Positions 7,192 through 17,275 of a DNA stretch of 39,101 nt are shown here, piece after piece. The translations under genes and the position numbers were made by a program. Source of the stretch: Candidatus Margulisiibacteriota bacterium (GTDB lineage: Bacteria; Margulisbacteria; WOR-1; O2-12-FULL-45-9; XYB2-FULL-48-7). Position 1 is the stretch's first letter, and every line of letters starts with the position of its first letter. The notes beneath the pieces were generated by a model. The model saw only the letters and a program-made list of their open reading frames with translations, did not search any database and was not told where the DNA came from. Where the stretch lies: NCBI GenBank assembly GCA_041649975.1, contig JBAZMB010000002.1, positions 1 to 39,101 of the forward strand, written 5' to 3'.

Positions 7192-8028
7192 CTATCCTAT
7201 CTTTAAATTTATGTCTAAGGCGCGGGCGGAGTGGGTTAAGGCTCCGACCGAAATGTAATCAACTCCGGTCCTGGCGACCGCTCTAACGTTCTTAATCGTT
7301 ATCCCGCCGGAGGCCTCGGACGCGATCCGGTTCCGCTTGCACATCTTCACTCCGGCCTTGAGCTCCTTCAAGGACATGTTGTCCAGCAGGATCCGGTCAG
7401 CCCCTGCTGCTATGGCTCGCCTAACTTCAGCCAGGGTTCCAGCTTCAACCTCGACCGGCTTCCGGCCCAAATAGATCTTGGCGGCATCAACCGCTTTTTC
7501 GATCGTTTTATTGATCTTAATGTGATTATCCTTGATCAGGATCGCGTCATAAAGCCCGAAGCGGTGATTTTCGCCGCCGCCAAGTTTAACGGCGTACTTT
7601 TCGATCGCCCGCCAGCCGGGGGTGGTCTTTCTGGTATCAAGCAAGATCGCGCCGGTTCCTTTAATATTTTTTACATACTCACCGGTCAGGGTCGCGATCC
7701 CGGATAAATGCTGGAGAAAATTTAATGCGGTCCTCTCACCGGTCAGGATCGCGCGCGCCGGGCCTTGCAGGGTCGCGATAATCGTTCCTTTCCCGACCGT
7801 CTGGCCATCCTTAACCTTTTGCGTCAACCTGACCCGGCGGTCAATTTGGCGGAAAACCTCCCGGGCGATTTCAAGGCCGGCAATGATCCCGCCTTCCTTG
7901 GCCATGATCACGGCGGTGACCCGCTTATCGGCAGGGATAACCGCTTTAGTGGTAATATCACCGTTCCCAATATCTTCGATTAAAGCGATCTTGATCAAGT
8001 GCTCTGTTGTTCGCTGCAACTTGCGCAT
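7192..8028 (-). CDS. nadC: Nicotinate-nucleotide pyrophosphorylase (carboxylating), quinolinate phosphoribosyltransferase
   Basis: LTGERTALNFLQHLSGIAT, TRKTTPGWR and GGGENHRFGLYD motifs, 278 aa. Confidence 0.93.
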   Translation of the reverse strand: MRKLQRTTEHLIKIALIEDIGNGDITTKAVIPADKRVTAVIMAKEGGIIAGLEIAREVFRQIDRRVRLTQKVKDGQTVGKGTIIATLQGPARAILTGERTALNFLQHLSGIATLTGEYVKNIKGTGAILLDTRKTTPGWRAIEKYAVKLGGGENHRFGLYDAILIKDNHIKINKTIEKAVDAAKIYLGRKPVEVEAGTLAEVRRAIAAGADRILLDNMSLKELKAGVKMCKRNRIASEASGGITIKNVRAVARTGVDYISVGALTHSARALDINLKIG

Positions 8029-8031
8029 AAT

Positions 8032-8832
8032 TTACCTCAAGAGGATCCAGACCACATAATAATACATCAAGGGGGCGGTCAGGACAAACGAATCGATCCG
8101 GTCCAGTACCCCGCCATGACCAGGGACGATATTTGATGAGTCTTTGACGCCGGCATCCCGTTTGATCAATGATTCGATCAGGTCGGAAAATTGGCCGGTG
8201 ATCCCGATCAAGACCCCAAGGATCAACGCGTGCCACAAGTCGATCTGCGCCGTCTGACTGAAGATCCCGGCCGCCAGCAGGCAAACAATGAACCCGGCGA
8301 TCGCGCCTTCCCAGGTCTTTTTCGGCGAGATCGAGGGAGCCAAAGGGGTATGGCCAAAGGCTTTTCCGGCCAGGTAAGCGGCCGAGTCCATCGCCCAAAC
8401 GGTAAAGACCAGGAAAAAGAGGTAGCCGCCATGATCGGTCAAGCTGCGGATAAAAATAAGATAGCTAAAAAACCAGCCGATATAGATCATGCCAAGAACC
8501 GTCACAGCGACATCAACGATCGTGTCCTTTTCCCGCTTGAGGAAGATCCCGGAGATCAGCGCGATCGCCACCGCAATTGTTAGGATAGCCGAATGAGCAG
8601 GCTCCCAGCTTCTTTTTAAGGAATAATATGAAAAAGTAATAAAAAAGATGGTCATTACGTTGCCGACGTAATAAGCGGGGAAAAATCCCTTTTTCATCAT
8701 TAGATTATAAAATTCATTGATCGAGAAGATCGCCAGGACCAAGATCATCAGCAAAAACGGGAGGTTCCCGTAATAAATACAGCCTAAGACGATCGGCGTC
8801 CCGATCGCGATGGTCAGCGCCCTCAGCTTCAT
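8032..8832 (-). CDS. cdsA: Phosphatidate cytidylyltransferase
   Basis: Polytopic membrane protein with the C-terminal signature SDLIESLIKRDAGVKDSSNIVPGHGGVLDRIDS. Confidence 0.93.
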   Translation of the reverse strand: MKLRALTIAIGTPIVLGCIYYGNLPFLLMILVLAIFSINEFYNLMMKKGFFPAYYVGNVMTIFFITFSYYSLKRSWEPAHSAILTIAVAIALISGIFLKREKDTIVDVAVTVLGMIYIGWFFSYLIFIRSLTDHGGYLFFLVFTVWAMDSAAYLAGKAFGHTPLAPSISPKKTWEGAIAGFIVCLLAAGIFSQTAQIDLWHALILGVLIGITGQFSDLIESLIKRDAGVKDSSNIVPGHGGVLDRIDSFVLTAPLMYYYVVWILLR

Positions 8833-9515
8833 AGTTTTCCGAATCGCCTTTCCCTTTTTTGGTAAGCTTCAATCGCTTGTTTAAACTGCTTCTCCCTGAA
8901 TTCCGGCCAGTAAGCATCCGTAACATAGAGCTCGGCATAAGCGATCTGCCAGAGTAGAAAATTGGAGATCCGCATCTCGGAAGCGGTCCTGATCAGCAGG
9001 TCGGGATCAGGCAGATCGCTGGTGTATAAATTGGCTTGCAAGTCGGCTTCATTGACCTCTTTCTTCCCTTCGGCGATCAGGCGGTTAACCGCGTCAACGA
9101 TCTCGGCCCGGCCGCCGTAGTTGACCATGATGCTTAAGGTGCTTTTGCTCCCCGCGGCGGTTTTTTCCGTCGCCTGTCTCATTTTTTTCTGAAGTTCCGG
9201 GGAAAACTTTGCCAGACGGCCAAGGAACTTGACCCTGATCCCTTTTTTGACCAGCTCATCGAGCTCCCGGTCGATCGTCAGCAAAAGCAGTCCCATCAGA
9301 AAATCAACTTCCTCTTTCGGCCGACCCCAGTTTTCCGTGGAAAAAGCGTAGACGGTCAGATACTCGACCCCAAGTTCCCCCGCGGCGCGCAGCACGGCGC
9401 GAAGCGATTCCGCCCCTTCTTTGTGGCCGGCGATCCTCGGCAGGCCGCGCTTTTTCGCCCAACGGCCATTGCCGTCCATAATGATGGCGACGTGTCTTGG
9501 GATATTTTTTTCCAT
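8829..9515 (-). CDS. uppS: Isoprenyl transferase (undecaprenyl-diphosphate synthase)
   Basis: HVAIIMDGNGRWA, AFSTENWGRP and RTASEMRISNFLLWQIAYAELY. Overlaps cdsA by 4 nt. Confidence 0.95.
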   Translation of the reverse strand: MEKNIPRHVAIIMDGNGRWAKKRGLPRIAGHKEGAESLRAVLRAAGELGVEYLTVYAFSTENWGRPKEEVDFLMGLLLLTIDRELDELVKKGIRVKFLGRLAKFSPELQKKMRQATEKTAAGSKSTLSIMVNYGGRAEIVDAVNRLIAEGKKEVNEADLQANLYTSDLPDPDLLIRTASEMRISNFLLWQIAYAELYVTDAYWPEFREKQFKQAIEAYQKRERRFGKL

Positions 9516-9587
9516 GTCAGTATTCAGGCTACCGGGTTTGGCCCAGCGCCCAGGACCAAGGGAGACGTCCCCTGCTCCTGGCGGCTG

Positions 9588-10139
9588 TTAAATGGAAAGG
9601 ACTTCCTTTTCTTTGGCGGCGGCCAGGTGGTCGGCTTCGGCGCAATATTTGTCGGTCAGCTCTTGGACTTTTTTGTCCAGCAAGGTTTGCTGGTCTTCAG
9701 TGATGGCCTTGTCGGTCTTTTGCTTTTTTAGCTCTTCCATGGCATCGCGCCGTATATTACGGATAACGACCTTGGCGTCTTCCGTCTCTTTCTTGATCAC
9801 TTTGGTGAGGTCTTTGCGGCGTTGCTCGGAAAGTTCCGGCAAAACCAGGCGGATCACTCCGCCTTCGGTTTTCGGCGTCAGGCCAAGATCGGAGGCCTGG
9901 ATCGCCTTTTCGATCCCGACAACGGCACTTTTGTCATAAGCGGTGATCTGCAACAAACGAGCTTCCGGCGCGGCAACTGAGGCGACTTGTTTCAGCGGCA
10001 CGCTGGACCCATAATAATCAACGTGGAGGTTGTCGAGCAGAGCGGGATTGGCCCGACCGGTCCGAATACCGGAAAAGTTCTTCTTTAAGACCTCGATCGC
10101 TTTTTGCATCCCCAGTTCGTGGTTTTTTACGACATCCAT
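9588..10139 (-). CDS. frr: Ribosome recycling factor
   Basis: MDVVKNHELGMQKAIEVLKKNFSGIRTGRANPALLD... I chose the ATG at 10139, preceded by AAGGGGGA SD. The ORF-track start at 10226 would overlap pyrH by 77 nt. Confidence 0.92.
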   Translation of the reverse strand: MDVVKNHELGMQKAIEVLKKNFSGIRTGRANPALLDNLHVDYYGSSVPLKQVASVAAPEARLLQITAYDKSAVVGIEKAIQASDLGLTPKTEGGVIRLVLPELSEQRRKDLTKVIKKETEDAKVVIRNIRRDAMEELKKQKTDKAITEDQQTLLDKKVQELTDKYCAEADHLAAAKEKEVLSI

Positions 10140-10149
10140 TTTATCCCCC

Positions 10150-10866
10150 TTATTCGGCTTCGATGATCGTCCCGACTTTTTTCCCCAGGACGGCTTGTCT
10201 AATGTTCCCCGGCTTGAGCAGATCAAGGACTAGGATCGGGATCTTATTGTCCATGCAAAGCGAAACAGCGGTTGAATCCAAAACGCCTAAGCGTTTTTGA
10301 ATGACTTCCATATGGGTGATCCGGCTGAATTTTTTGGCGTCTTTATGTTTCAGTGGATCTTTATCGTAGACGCCGTCAACCTTCGTCGCCTTGATTATAA
10401 CGTCGACATCAAGTTCGGCCGCCCTTAACGCGGCGGTCGTATCAGTTGAAAAATACGGGTTGCCTGTCCCGGCCGCCAGGACCACTACTCGGCCTTTTTC
10501 CATGTGGCGGATCGCCCGGCGTCGGATAAAAGGCTCGGCTACGGAACGCATATCGATCGCGGTCTGGACCCGGCAATTGACCCCCTGTTTTTCCAGGGCA
10601 TCCTGGATCGCCAGCGAATTAATCACCGTGGCCAGCATCCCCATGTAGTCGCCGGTCGCCCGGTCGATACCATTGATCGCGCCCGCCACGCCGCGGAAAA
10701 TATTGCCCCCACCAACGACCACCGCTACCCCGACCCCCGCCTCCCTGACCAGCTTGACCTCTTTGGCAACAGTGTGCAGAACTTTGAGGTCAATCCCGTA
10801 TTTTTGTTCGCCGCCGAAAATTTCACCGGAGAGCTTGAGGAGGATCTTTTTGTAAGGTCTTGTCAT
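10150..10866 (-). CDS. pyrH: UMP kinase
   Basis: [36 protein letters not shown], 238 aa. Confidence 0.95.
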   Translation of the reverse strand: MTRPYKKILLKLSGEIFGGEQKYGIDLKVLHTVAKEVKLVREAGVGVAVVVGGGNIFRGVAGAINGIDRATGDYMGMLATVINSLAIQDALEKQGVNCRVQTAIDMRSVAEPFIRRRAIRHMEKGRVVVLAAGTGNPYFSTDTTAALRAAELDVDVIIKATKVDGVYDKDPLKHKDAKKFSRITHMEVIQKRLGVLDSTAVSLCMDNKIPILVLDLLKPGNIRQAVLGKKVGTIIEAE

Positions 10867-10888
10867 GTCGTGAGGATTATACTATAAT
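10860..10888 (+). promoter_or_regulatory. Sigma70-type promoter of the 7TM-PAS gene (-35 TTGTCA, 17-nt spacer, -10 TATAAT)
   Basis: TTGTCA at 10860-10865 and TATAAT at 10883-10888. The ATG at 10898 is 9 nt downstream, with no SD. It lies back-to-back with the pyrH -10. Confidence 0.5.
10876..10881 (-). promoter_or_regulatory. -10 hexamer TATAAT for pyrH (leaderless-type spacing)
   Basis: The reverse complement of ATTATA at 10876-10881 is TATAAT, 9 nt upstream of the pyrH ATG (10866), with no SD in the gap. Confidence 0.45.
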
Positions 10889-10897
10889 CCACCTGCT

Positions 10898-11938
10898 ATG
10901 GCAATGTTCTTCCCATATTTTGAATTGTGCGCGTCTCTCTTTATCTTATTGCTTGCTTTTGAGATCTGGACCAGGCACTACGAGAACCGCTTGGCTCGTT
11001 TCTTTTCGTTTTTCGCGCTAGCCGCGTTTCTTTGCACGATCTTAACCTATTCCTATCGCATCGCGTTCACTTTGGAGATCGCGCAAGATATAAACCGGAT
11101 CAGCGCCTTGCTTTGGGTTTTTATTTTCCCGATCTTTGCCCATTTCGTCTTGCTTTATACGAAAAAAGACGGCTTTCTCCAGTCGGTTTATAACTATCTT
11201 TGGCTCTATCTCCCCCCTTCGATCCTGGGACTGTTGTTCCTTTTCACTAATTTAATGTACCAGCGCTATGAGATCCAAAATATCGGGATCGTCAGCCAGC
11301 CGGCTCCGCTCTACTGGTTATTCGTTTTCGAGGCCACCATTTACTGCGCCTGGGGGATTGGTTTATTGCTCTGGTATTCACGCGTCACGCCACAAAAAAC
11401 GGAAAGATCGCAAGCGATATTAATCGCGATCGGCTCGACAGTCCCTTTCCTGGTCGGCCTGATCACCGACTTCGTCTTGCCGTTGGTCCTAGGCTATCGG
11501 GTCGCGCCGCCCACCTTGGTCTTTGACTTGGCGGTAATGAACTTTTTTATTTTTATCGCCATGCGCTCCTATAGTCTGTTTGCCATTTCCCCGGCTCTCG
11601 CGGCCGACGTGATCATCGAAACGATGCCGGACGCGTTGGTGGTAACCGATCTGGACGGCTGCGTTATTTTTATGAATGAAGAAGCGAAAAAGCTGCTCCA
11701 CTCTTCCGGTGAAAACGCCTGCCACATTATTTCGACTTTGTTTAAAAAGCCGGCGGATTATGAGCGGCTTTATGACGAGGTCGCCAATAAGAAGTTATTA
11801 ATTGAACGGTTCGAGGCCGAGCTTAAAGATCCGATGGGAGAACGGCTTCCCGCCTTGATCAACGCCCGCCTCCTCCGCGCCAAAGGGTTTGGGGAAACCA
11901 TCGGGATCGTTTTTGTCATCCGGGATATCCGCGGTTAA
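10898..11938 (+). CDS. Membrane sensor: histidine-kinase-type N-terminal 7TM domain plus one PAS domain, with no output domain
   Basis: About 230 aa with seven hydrophobic helices in the HisKA_7TM style. This is followed by IIETMPDALVVTDLDGCVIFMNEEAKKLL (PAS) and the protein ends at ...VFVIRDIRG. No HisKA/HATPase/GGDEF motifs. Confidence 0.75.
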   Translation: MAMFFPYFELCASLFILLLAFEIWTRHYENRLARFFSFFALAAFLCTILTYSYRIAFTLEIAQDINRISALLWVFIFPIFAHFVLLYTKKDGFLQSVYNYLWLYLPPSILGLLFLFTNLMYQRYEIQNIGIVSQPAPLYWLFVFEATIYCAWGIGLLLWYSRVTPQKTERSQAILIAIGSTVPFLVGLITDFVLPLVLGYRVAPPTLVFDLAVMNFFIFIAMRSYSLFAISPALAADVIIETMPDALVVTDLDGCVIFMNEEAKKLLHSSGENACHIISTLFKKPADYERLYDEVANKKLLIERFEAELKDPMGERLPALINARLLRAKGFGETIGIVFVIRDIRG

Positions 11939-11988
11939 CGCCTGATTGCTTGAAATTTTCCTCATCTCCGGCCGATTATTAAGTACCA

Positions 11989-12966
11989 ATGAAAGCAACA
12001 TTTTCTCCCTACCGAATGCAGTTATATAGTGGAGTGGCCCCTAAACATCTCTCTGCTTTTTTTCTAAATGATCATTTTTGGCCACGTTCCCAAAGAAAAA
12101 TAGTTCAACGGCCTAGTTGCGATTGGAAACCGGTCGCGGAAAAGAATGAGGCCATCGCCATCGAATCGCGCGTCAGTCTCGGTGATGAAAAGAGCTTTCT
12201 TTTTGATTCCCCCGCCGTTTCCTTATATTCAAACCGGGGGGAGCTGCCAATGAATGGGACAATCGACCATCATAAGCGGAATTTTTCTACGACCCTCAAT
12301 CGTTCTTTCTCCTTAGGCGGACTGGACGTTGAGGCCGCGCTGTCTTTGTCTAAGTCCGAATACACCACTCAGGAGTCGGAAACTAAGCTGGTCGTAAAAG
12401 GGGTCGGCCTTTCCGGGCCAAACGTTCAACCGGAAACGACTTGGGTTACCAGAACCCATAGTTCTTACGAATCCAGCTTATCATTATCGGTCGGCAAAGG
12501 CACTTTCTCGGAACCGCCTTCCTTGTCGGTCAAATTGTCTCGCTTCACCCACCATGACCAGCATCGTCTCAAGATCTTTGATCAGCCTTTCATGCTCGGC
12601 CAGGCCGGCCAAAGCGCCATGCTTTTTGATCATCCGCCAACGCCTGTCGTTATGGTCGATCATTTATGTTGCACGAGTACCGGACAACAAAAAGACCTTT
12701 TTTCCCTCTTTTTTAGAGACCGGCAGTCGATCGGTAGCCACCAAATAAATAAAACAGAAATATTTGATTTTGTCGTTGATGATATCCATTTTCAGCTCGA
12801 CCTTAGCAAGGACTTTTCTCTTTATCGAGTTCTCACCCCTGGCTTAAGACACAAAATATTTTCCGGCTGGGCGAATCATGCGCACCGAATAACCATTGGC
12901 CAGACGTTAATCGGCTGTTTGCCTCACTTTGACGGCTTGGTCTCGTTTGATTTTAGCGGGATTTAA
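11989..12966 (+). CDS. Hypothetical protein (orphan, Ser/Thr-rich, no signal peptide, no recognisable motif)
   Basis: 978-nt ORF with an ATG start, 50 nt downstream of the 7TM-PAS gene on the same strand. Confidence 0.65.
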   Translation: MKATFSPYRMQLYSGVAPKHLSAFFLNDHFWPRSQRKIVQRPSCDWKPVAEKNEAIAIESRVSLGDEKSFLFDSPAVSLYSNRGELPMNGTIDHHKRNFSTTLNRSFSLGGLDVEAALSLSKSEYTTQESETKLVVKGVGLSGPNVQPETTWVTRTHSSYESSLSLSVGKGTFSEPPSLSVKLSRFTHHDQHRLKIFDQPFMLGQAGQSAMLFDHPPTPVVMVDHLCCTSTGQQKDLFSLFFRDRQSIGSHQINKTEIFDFVVDDIHFQLDLSKDFSLYRVLTPGLRHKIFSGWANHAHRITIGQTLIGCLPHFDGLVSFDFSGI

Positions 12967-12980
12967 CTATAAACTTTATT

Positions 12981-14771
12981 ATGAATCAATATCAAGTTAT
13001 CGTCATCGGCGCCGGACATGCCGGGATTGAGGCCGCCCTGGCTTCAGCCCGCCTAGGCTGCCGTACCCTTCTTTTAACGATGAACATCGACACGATCGGC
13101 TACATGGCCTGCAACCCGGCAATCGGCGGGCCGGCCAAGTCGCAATTAGTCCGCGAAGTTGACGCTTTGGGCGGCCAGATGGGTATTTCTGCCGACCTAA
13201 CTTTCTTGCAGATGAAAACCCTCAATACGAACAAAGGTCCGGCGGTCCACGCCTTGCGCGCTCAATCTGACCGTCAGCAATACCACCAGGTTATGGAAAA
13301 AATTCTCGAAGAACAACCCAATCTGGAAATCAAGCAAGCGGAAGTTGCTGAAATCCTATTCGCCAACGATCAAATTGAAGGGGTCAGGACCGTCCTCGGA
13401 CATGTTTACGAGGCGCCAAATGTGATCGTTACCACCGGAACATTCTTAAAAGGGGTTATTCACGTTGGGATGAACCATCAAGCGGCCGGCCGAATGGGGG
13501 AGGGGCCTTCAAACCAGCTTTCTGATTCATTGGCCAGGGCGGGCCTCAAGTTAGGCAGGCTTAAGACGGGGACCCCCGCCCGCCTCAACCGCCGTTCGAT
13601 CGATTTTTCCAAGATGTCCGTCCAACCCGGGGATGTGCCGCCCCGGCAGTTTTCTTTTACTTGGGAATATCGGCAATATGGGCTGTCCGGCCTGCCGGAA
13701 AATGAGAATTTTTCTCTGCCGCAAATTCCTTGCCATTTGACCTGGACCGGTGAAAAGACCCACGAGATAATTCGCGCCAATTTAGACCGCTCCCCCCTTT
13801 TCCAAGGAAAGATCAAGGGGGTCGGGCCCCGCTATTGCCCATCGATCGAGGATAAAGTTGTCCGTTTTCCGGAAAAGGATCGCCAACAATGCTTTATCGA
13901 ACCGACCGGCCGGTCTACCTTAGAAATGTACGCCCAGGGAATGTCGACTTCCCTGCCGGAGGATGTCCAGCTAGCAATGCTCCGGACCATGCCAGGGCTG
14001 GAGAACGTGGAGATAATCCGCCCGGGATACGCCGTGGAATATGACTATATTCTCCCCTCCCAACTTCAATCCACCTTGGAAACAAAAACGATCTCCGGGC
14101 TGTTTTGCGCCGGACAGATCAATGGGACCTCCGGCTACGAAGAAGCGGCCGCCCAAGGATTGGTCGCCGGGATCAATGCCGCCCTTAAGGCAAAGAACTC
14201 GGCTCCGTTCATTCTTGGCCGTGACGATAGCTATATCGGCACCCTGATCGATGATCTGATCACTAAGGAAATACTAGAGCCCTATCGTATGCTGACCTCC
14301 CGCTCCGAATACCGGCTCCTCCTTCGGCAAGATAACGCCGACCTCCGCCTCACCGAAAAAGGGTATCGGGCAGGGCTTATTCCTGAGCCCCGCTACCAGG
14401 CTTTTCTGAAAAAGAAAGCGGCGGTCGCGGCCAAGGAGGCAATTTCTTCGGAAACCAGGGAACAGATCGAGATTGCCCAAAAATATCAGGGCTACATCGT
14501 GCGGCAATTGGAACAAATCGCCCGCTTTAAAAAGCTTGAGGACAAGCGGTTGCCCCCGTCGTTTGATTACTTATTATTAAAGGGCCTTTCCACTGAAGCC
14601 CGGGCGAAACTGACCGCCGTTCGTCCAGCTTCAATCGGCCAGGCGTCGCGGATCGCCGGGGTGTCGCCAGCCGACATTGCCGTCCTCCTTATTTGGCTGC
14701 AAACCCGCAGTAGACAAAGCAAAGTCACCATGATAAAATCGGTCGCTGGACAAGAGGAGGTGACATCGTGA
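12981..14771 (+). CDS. mnmG: tRNA uridine 5-carboxymethylaminomethyl modification enzyme MnmG (GidA)
   Basis: N-terminal FAD fold [14 protein letters not shown], plus [11 protein letters not shown] and [17 protein letters not shown]. 596 aa. Confidence 0.96.
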   Translation: MNQYQVIVIGAGHAGIEAALASARLGCRTLLLTMNIDTIGYMACNPAIGGPAKSQLVREVDALGGQMGISADLTFLQMKTLNTNKGPAVHALRAQSDRQQYHQVMEKILEEQPNLEIKQAEVAEILFANDQIEGVRTVLGHVYEAPNVIVTTGTFLKGVIHVGMNHQAAGRMGEGPSNQLSDSLARAGLKLGRLKTGTPARLNRRSIDFSKMSVQPGDVPPRQFSFTWEYRQYGLSGLPENENFSLPQIPCHLTWTGEKTHEIIRANLDRSPLFQGKIKGVGPRYCPSIEDKVVRFPEKDRQQCFIEPTGRSTLEMYAQGMSTSLPEDVQLAMLRTMPGLENVEIIRPGYAVEYDYILPSQLQSTLETKTISGLFCAGQINGTSGYEEAAAQGLVAGINAALKAKNSAPFILGRDDSYIGTLIDDLITKEILEPYRMLTSRSEYRLLLRQDNADLRLTEKGYRAGLIPEPRYQAFLKKKAAVAAKEAISSETREQIEIAQKYQGYIVRQLEQIARFKKLEDKRLPPSFDYLLLKGLSTEARAKLTAVRPASIGQASRIAGVSPADIAVLLIWLQTRSRQSKVTMIKSVAGQEEVTS

Positions 14772-15226
14772 AAAAGCTATTATTAATCGCACTAGCGGCT
14801 GTTTTCTTCGCCGGCGTTTCGCACGCGGCTATGGATACGGTCGGCTATATTGACGTCCAAAAGGTCTTCAAGGAATACAAGGAGACCGATAAGGCCCAAA
14901 AGGACCTGTCAAAGGACGAAGAAAGCTTCAAAAAAGAATTCGAAGACAGCCAGAAAAAATTAGCTGATGCCGAGAAAAACGGCAAGAAACAAGAAGAGCT
15001 CGAGAAAATGAAGAAAGAGCTCGAAGAAAAACTGGCGCCCAAACGTGATTCGCTGATCAAAAAGAATCAGGAATTGACCGGGAGAATACAGGCCGCCATT
15101 CTGGAATCGGTCAAAAAAGTGGCCAAAAAAGTTGGGGTTGAAGTCGTTCTCGACAAACAGGTTCTGATCATCGGCGGAATGGACCTGACCGACATGGTCA
15201 TCACCGAGCTGAATAAAGGAAAGTGA
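14768..15226 (+). CDS. skp: OmpH/Skp family periplasmic chaperone
   Basis: Signal peptide, then [21 protein letters not shown] and a long charged coiled-coil. GTG start overlaps the mnmG stop (GTGA). Sits upstream of lpxD, as is typical. Confidence 0.85.
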   Translation: MKKLLLIALAAVFFAGVSHAAMDTVGYIDVQKVFKEYKETDKAQKDLSKDEESFKKEFEDSQKKLADAEKNGKKQEELEKMKKELEEKLAPKRDSLIKKNQELTGRIQAAILESVKKVAKKVGVEVVLDKQVLIIGGMDLTDMVITELNKGK

Positions 15227-16140
15227 AACTCGCAAGACTAGCCGAACTTGTTTCCGGCACAGTCAACGGTAACGCTGACCAAGAGATCAGTAAAGTTTCG
15301 ACTATCGAAGAGGCCGGGGTTGGGGATCTCGTTTTCGTTCTAGAAGACCAGAACCTCATCCCGGCCTTTTCATCATCCGCCTCCGCCGTCGTTACCGCCA
15401 AAGTTCCCGCCAACACCCAGGGGAAGACCTTTCTGCTGGTTAAAAATCCGCGCCTGGCCATGGCAAAGGCCCTCGGAGCGTTTTCCGCCCCTCGCCAGAC
15501 AGGGATCATTTCTGATAAAGCGGTCGTCGCCAAAAGCGTCCGTCTGGGGAAAAATGTTTCGGTCGGCCCTTTCACTTCCATCGGCGAAGATTGCGAGATC
15601 GGGGAGAATACGATCATTCACTCCAATGTCACGATCTACGACCGGGTTAAGATCGGAGCCAATGTGATCATCCACGCCGGCGCCAGGATCGGAGTCGACG
15701 GCTTTGGCTTCGCCTGGGAAAACGACCAACACGTCAAGATCCCGCAAACAGGGACGGTAGTTATTGAGGATGACGTCGAGATCTACGCCAATGTCTGCGT
15801 CGCCCGCGGCACGATCGGCACTACGCGCCTCGGCCGGGGGACCAAGATCGACAACCTAACCCATATCGCGCACAATTGCCAGATCGGCGAGTCGTGCGCC
15901 ATCACCGCCCTGGTTGGCTTTGCCGGCTCGGTCACCTTCGGCAAGCACGTGCAGGTCGGCGGCATGGCCGGGTTTAACGGGCACATCACCGTCGGCGACA
16001 ACGTCATCGTTATGGCCAAGGCGGGAGTGACGAAAGATATCCCGGCCAACTCCGTCGTTTCCGGCTTCCCGGCCGAGGACCATAAAGAACAGTTAAAATT
16101 CCAGGCCACCTTGAAACGTTTGACCAAAAAAACCGATTAA
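15223..16140 (+). CDS. lpxD: UDP-3-O-(3-hydroxyacyl)glucosamine N-acyltransferase
   Basis: N-terminal LAELVSGTVNGNADQEISKVSTIEEAG, then left-handed beta-helix hexapeptide repeats. Follows skp. GTG start overlaps the skp stop. Confidence 0.88.
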   Translation: MKLARLAELVSGTVNGNADQEISKVSTIEEAGVGDLVFVLEDQNLIPAFSSSASAVVTAKVPANTQGKTFLLVKNPRLAMAKALGAFSAPRQTGIISDKAVVAKSVRLGKNVSVGPFTSIGEDCEIGENTIIHSNVTIYDRVKIGANVIIHAGARIGVDGFGFAWENDQHVKIPQTGTVVIEDDVEIYANVCVARGTIGTTRLGRGTKIDNLTHIAHNCQIGESCAITALVGFAGSVTFGKHVQVGGMAGFNGHITVGDNVIVMAKAGVTKDIPANSVVSGFPAEDHKEQLKFQATLKRLTKKTD

Positions 16141-17264
16141 TGGATATCGCTTTTTTCGCGGATTCTTACAAGCCCTATATTTCCGGGGTGACCAACTCGG
16201 CCGAGATCCTGGCCAAGAACCTGCGGCGACTAGGGCATCGGGTTTATATTCTGGCCCCAGCCTATCCCGGACATATCGACACCGACCCGGACATTATCCG
16301 GTTTCCTTCGATCGCGGGAGGGTATCCAAAGTTCCGGCTGGCAGTCCCGATCGTCAGGAACATGCCCGCGGTCGACATCATCCACAGCCAATCCCCTTTT
16401 CAGGCTGGCCTGCTCGCCCGGCTCATCGCGCGTCGAAACAAGGTTCCCCTGGTTTACTCGTTCCATACATTTTTTACCCGCTACACTCATTACGCCCGCT
16501 TTGTCCCAAAGGCTTTGGCCAAAATGGGGATCGCCGCGTATATCAGCCAGTATGCCAATGGGGCTGATACCGTGATCGCTCCGTCCGATTTCGCCCACCG
16601 GTATTTAAAAAGGCTGGGCGTCAATAAAAGGATCGAAGTTGTCCCCTCCGGGATCGAAACAGATAAGCTCCCCGAGTCATTAACGGACGCCCGCCGTGAA
16701 TTGCGACAACGCTACGGGATCCCCCAGGACGCGGTGGTGCTGGTCTATGCCGGACGGGTCTCCCGGGAAAAAAACCTGGCTTTTCTCTTTAAGGCTTTCG
16801 AACATCTTAAGCGTCATAACGTCTATCTGGCGATCGTCGGGAACGGCCCGCTTGATAAGGAGCTTCAGCGGCTGCACAAGCGGACGAAAAACGTCGTTTT
16901 TATTTCCGATATCTCCTACCCCGGAATCTTGTCTCATTACTGCCTGGGAGATGTTTTTCTCTTTTCGTCATTAACCGAAACCCAGGGGATGGTGATCGCG
17001 GAAGCCAAAGCCTCGGCCCTCCCGGTCGTCGCTTTATATGCCGGCGCCCTGACCGGGTCGGTCCGCAATGGCATCGACGGCTACCTGGTCCCCCGCAATC
17101 TGGCTAATTTTGTTGAACATGTCGACCGCCTGATCAATGATCCCGCCCTGCGGCTTAAAATGGGGCAGGCCGGCCGTGTCGACGCCCTGGAGAGGTTCGC
17201 CGCGCCGGCGGTTGCAAAAAGGATCGAGACTCTCTATAATTCTCTTGGCCGTGACGACGGCTAA
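16140..17264 (+). CDS. Glycosyltransferase family 4 (GT-B fold)
   Basis: Typical GT4 layout with the C-terminal E-x7-E region SLTETQGMVIAEAKASALPVVA. TAATG overlap with lpxD. Confidence 0.85.
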   Translation: MDIAFFADSYKPYISGVTNSAEILAKNLRRLGHRVYILAPAYPGHIDTDPDIIRFPSIAGGYPKFRLAVPIVRNMPAVDIIHSQSPFQAGLLARLIARRNKVPLVYSFHTFFTRYTHYARFVPKALAKMGIAAYISQYANGADTVIAPSDFAHRYLKRLGVNKRIEVVPSGIETDKLPESLTDARRELRQRYGIPQDAVVLVYAGRVSREKNLAFLFKAFEHLKRHNVYLAIVGNGPLDKELQRLHKRTKNVVFISDISYPGILSHYCLGDVFLFSSLTETQGMVIAEAKASALPVVALYAGALTGSVRNGIDGYLVPRNLANFVEHVDRLINDPALRLKMGQAGRVDALERFAAPAVAKRIETLYNSLGRDDG

Positions 17265-17275
17265 CAAGGAGAACC

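Noticed and set aside
9550-9581. Imperfect GC-rich hairpin (CCAGGA...TCCTGG with an inner GGGA/TCCC) in the frr-uppS spacer.
   Set aside because: No U tract follows on the transcribed (minus) strand, so it is not a canonical terminator. It could be a processing or attenuation element, but the evidence is too thin to call.
10140-10226. N-terminal extensions in the ORF track for frr (to 10226), gcvT (from 20191) and dnaA (to 31230).
   Set aside because: The extensions overlap neighbouring genes or promoters and add non-conserved residues. Internal ATGs at 10139, 20275 and 31185 reproduce the conserved family N-termini, and frr also gains a good SD.
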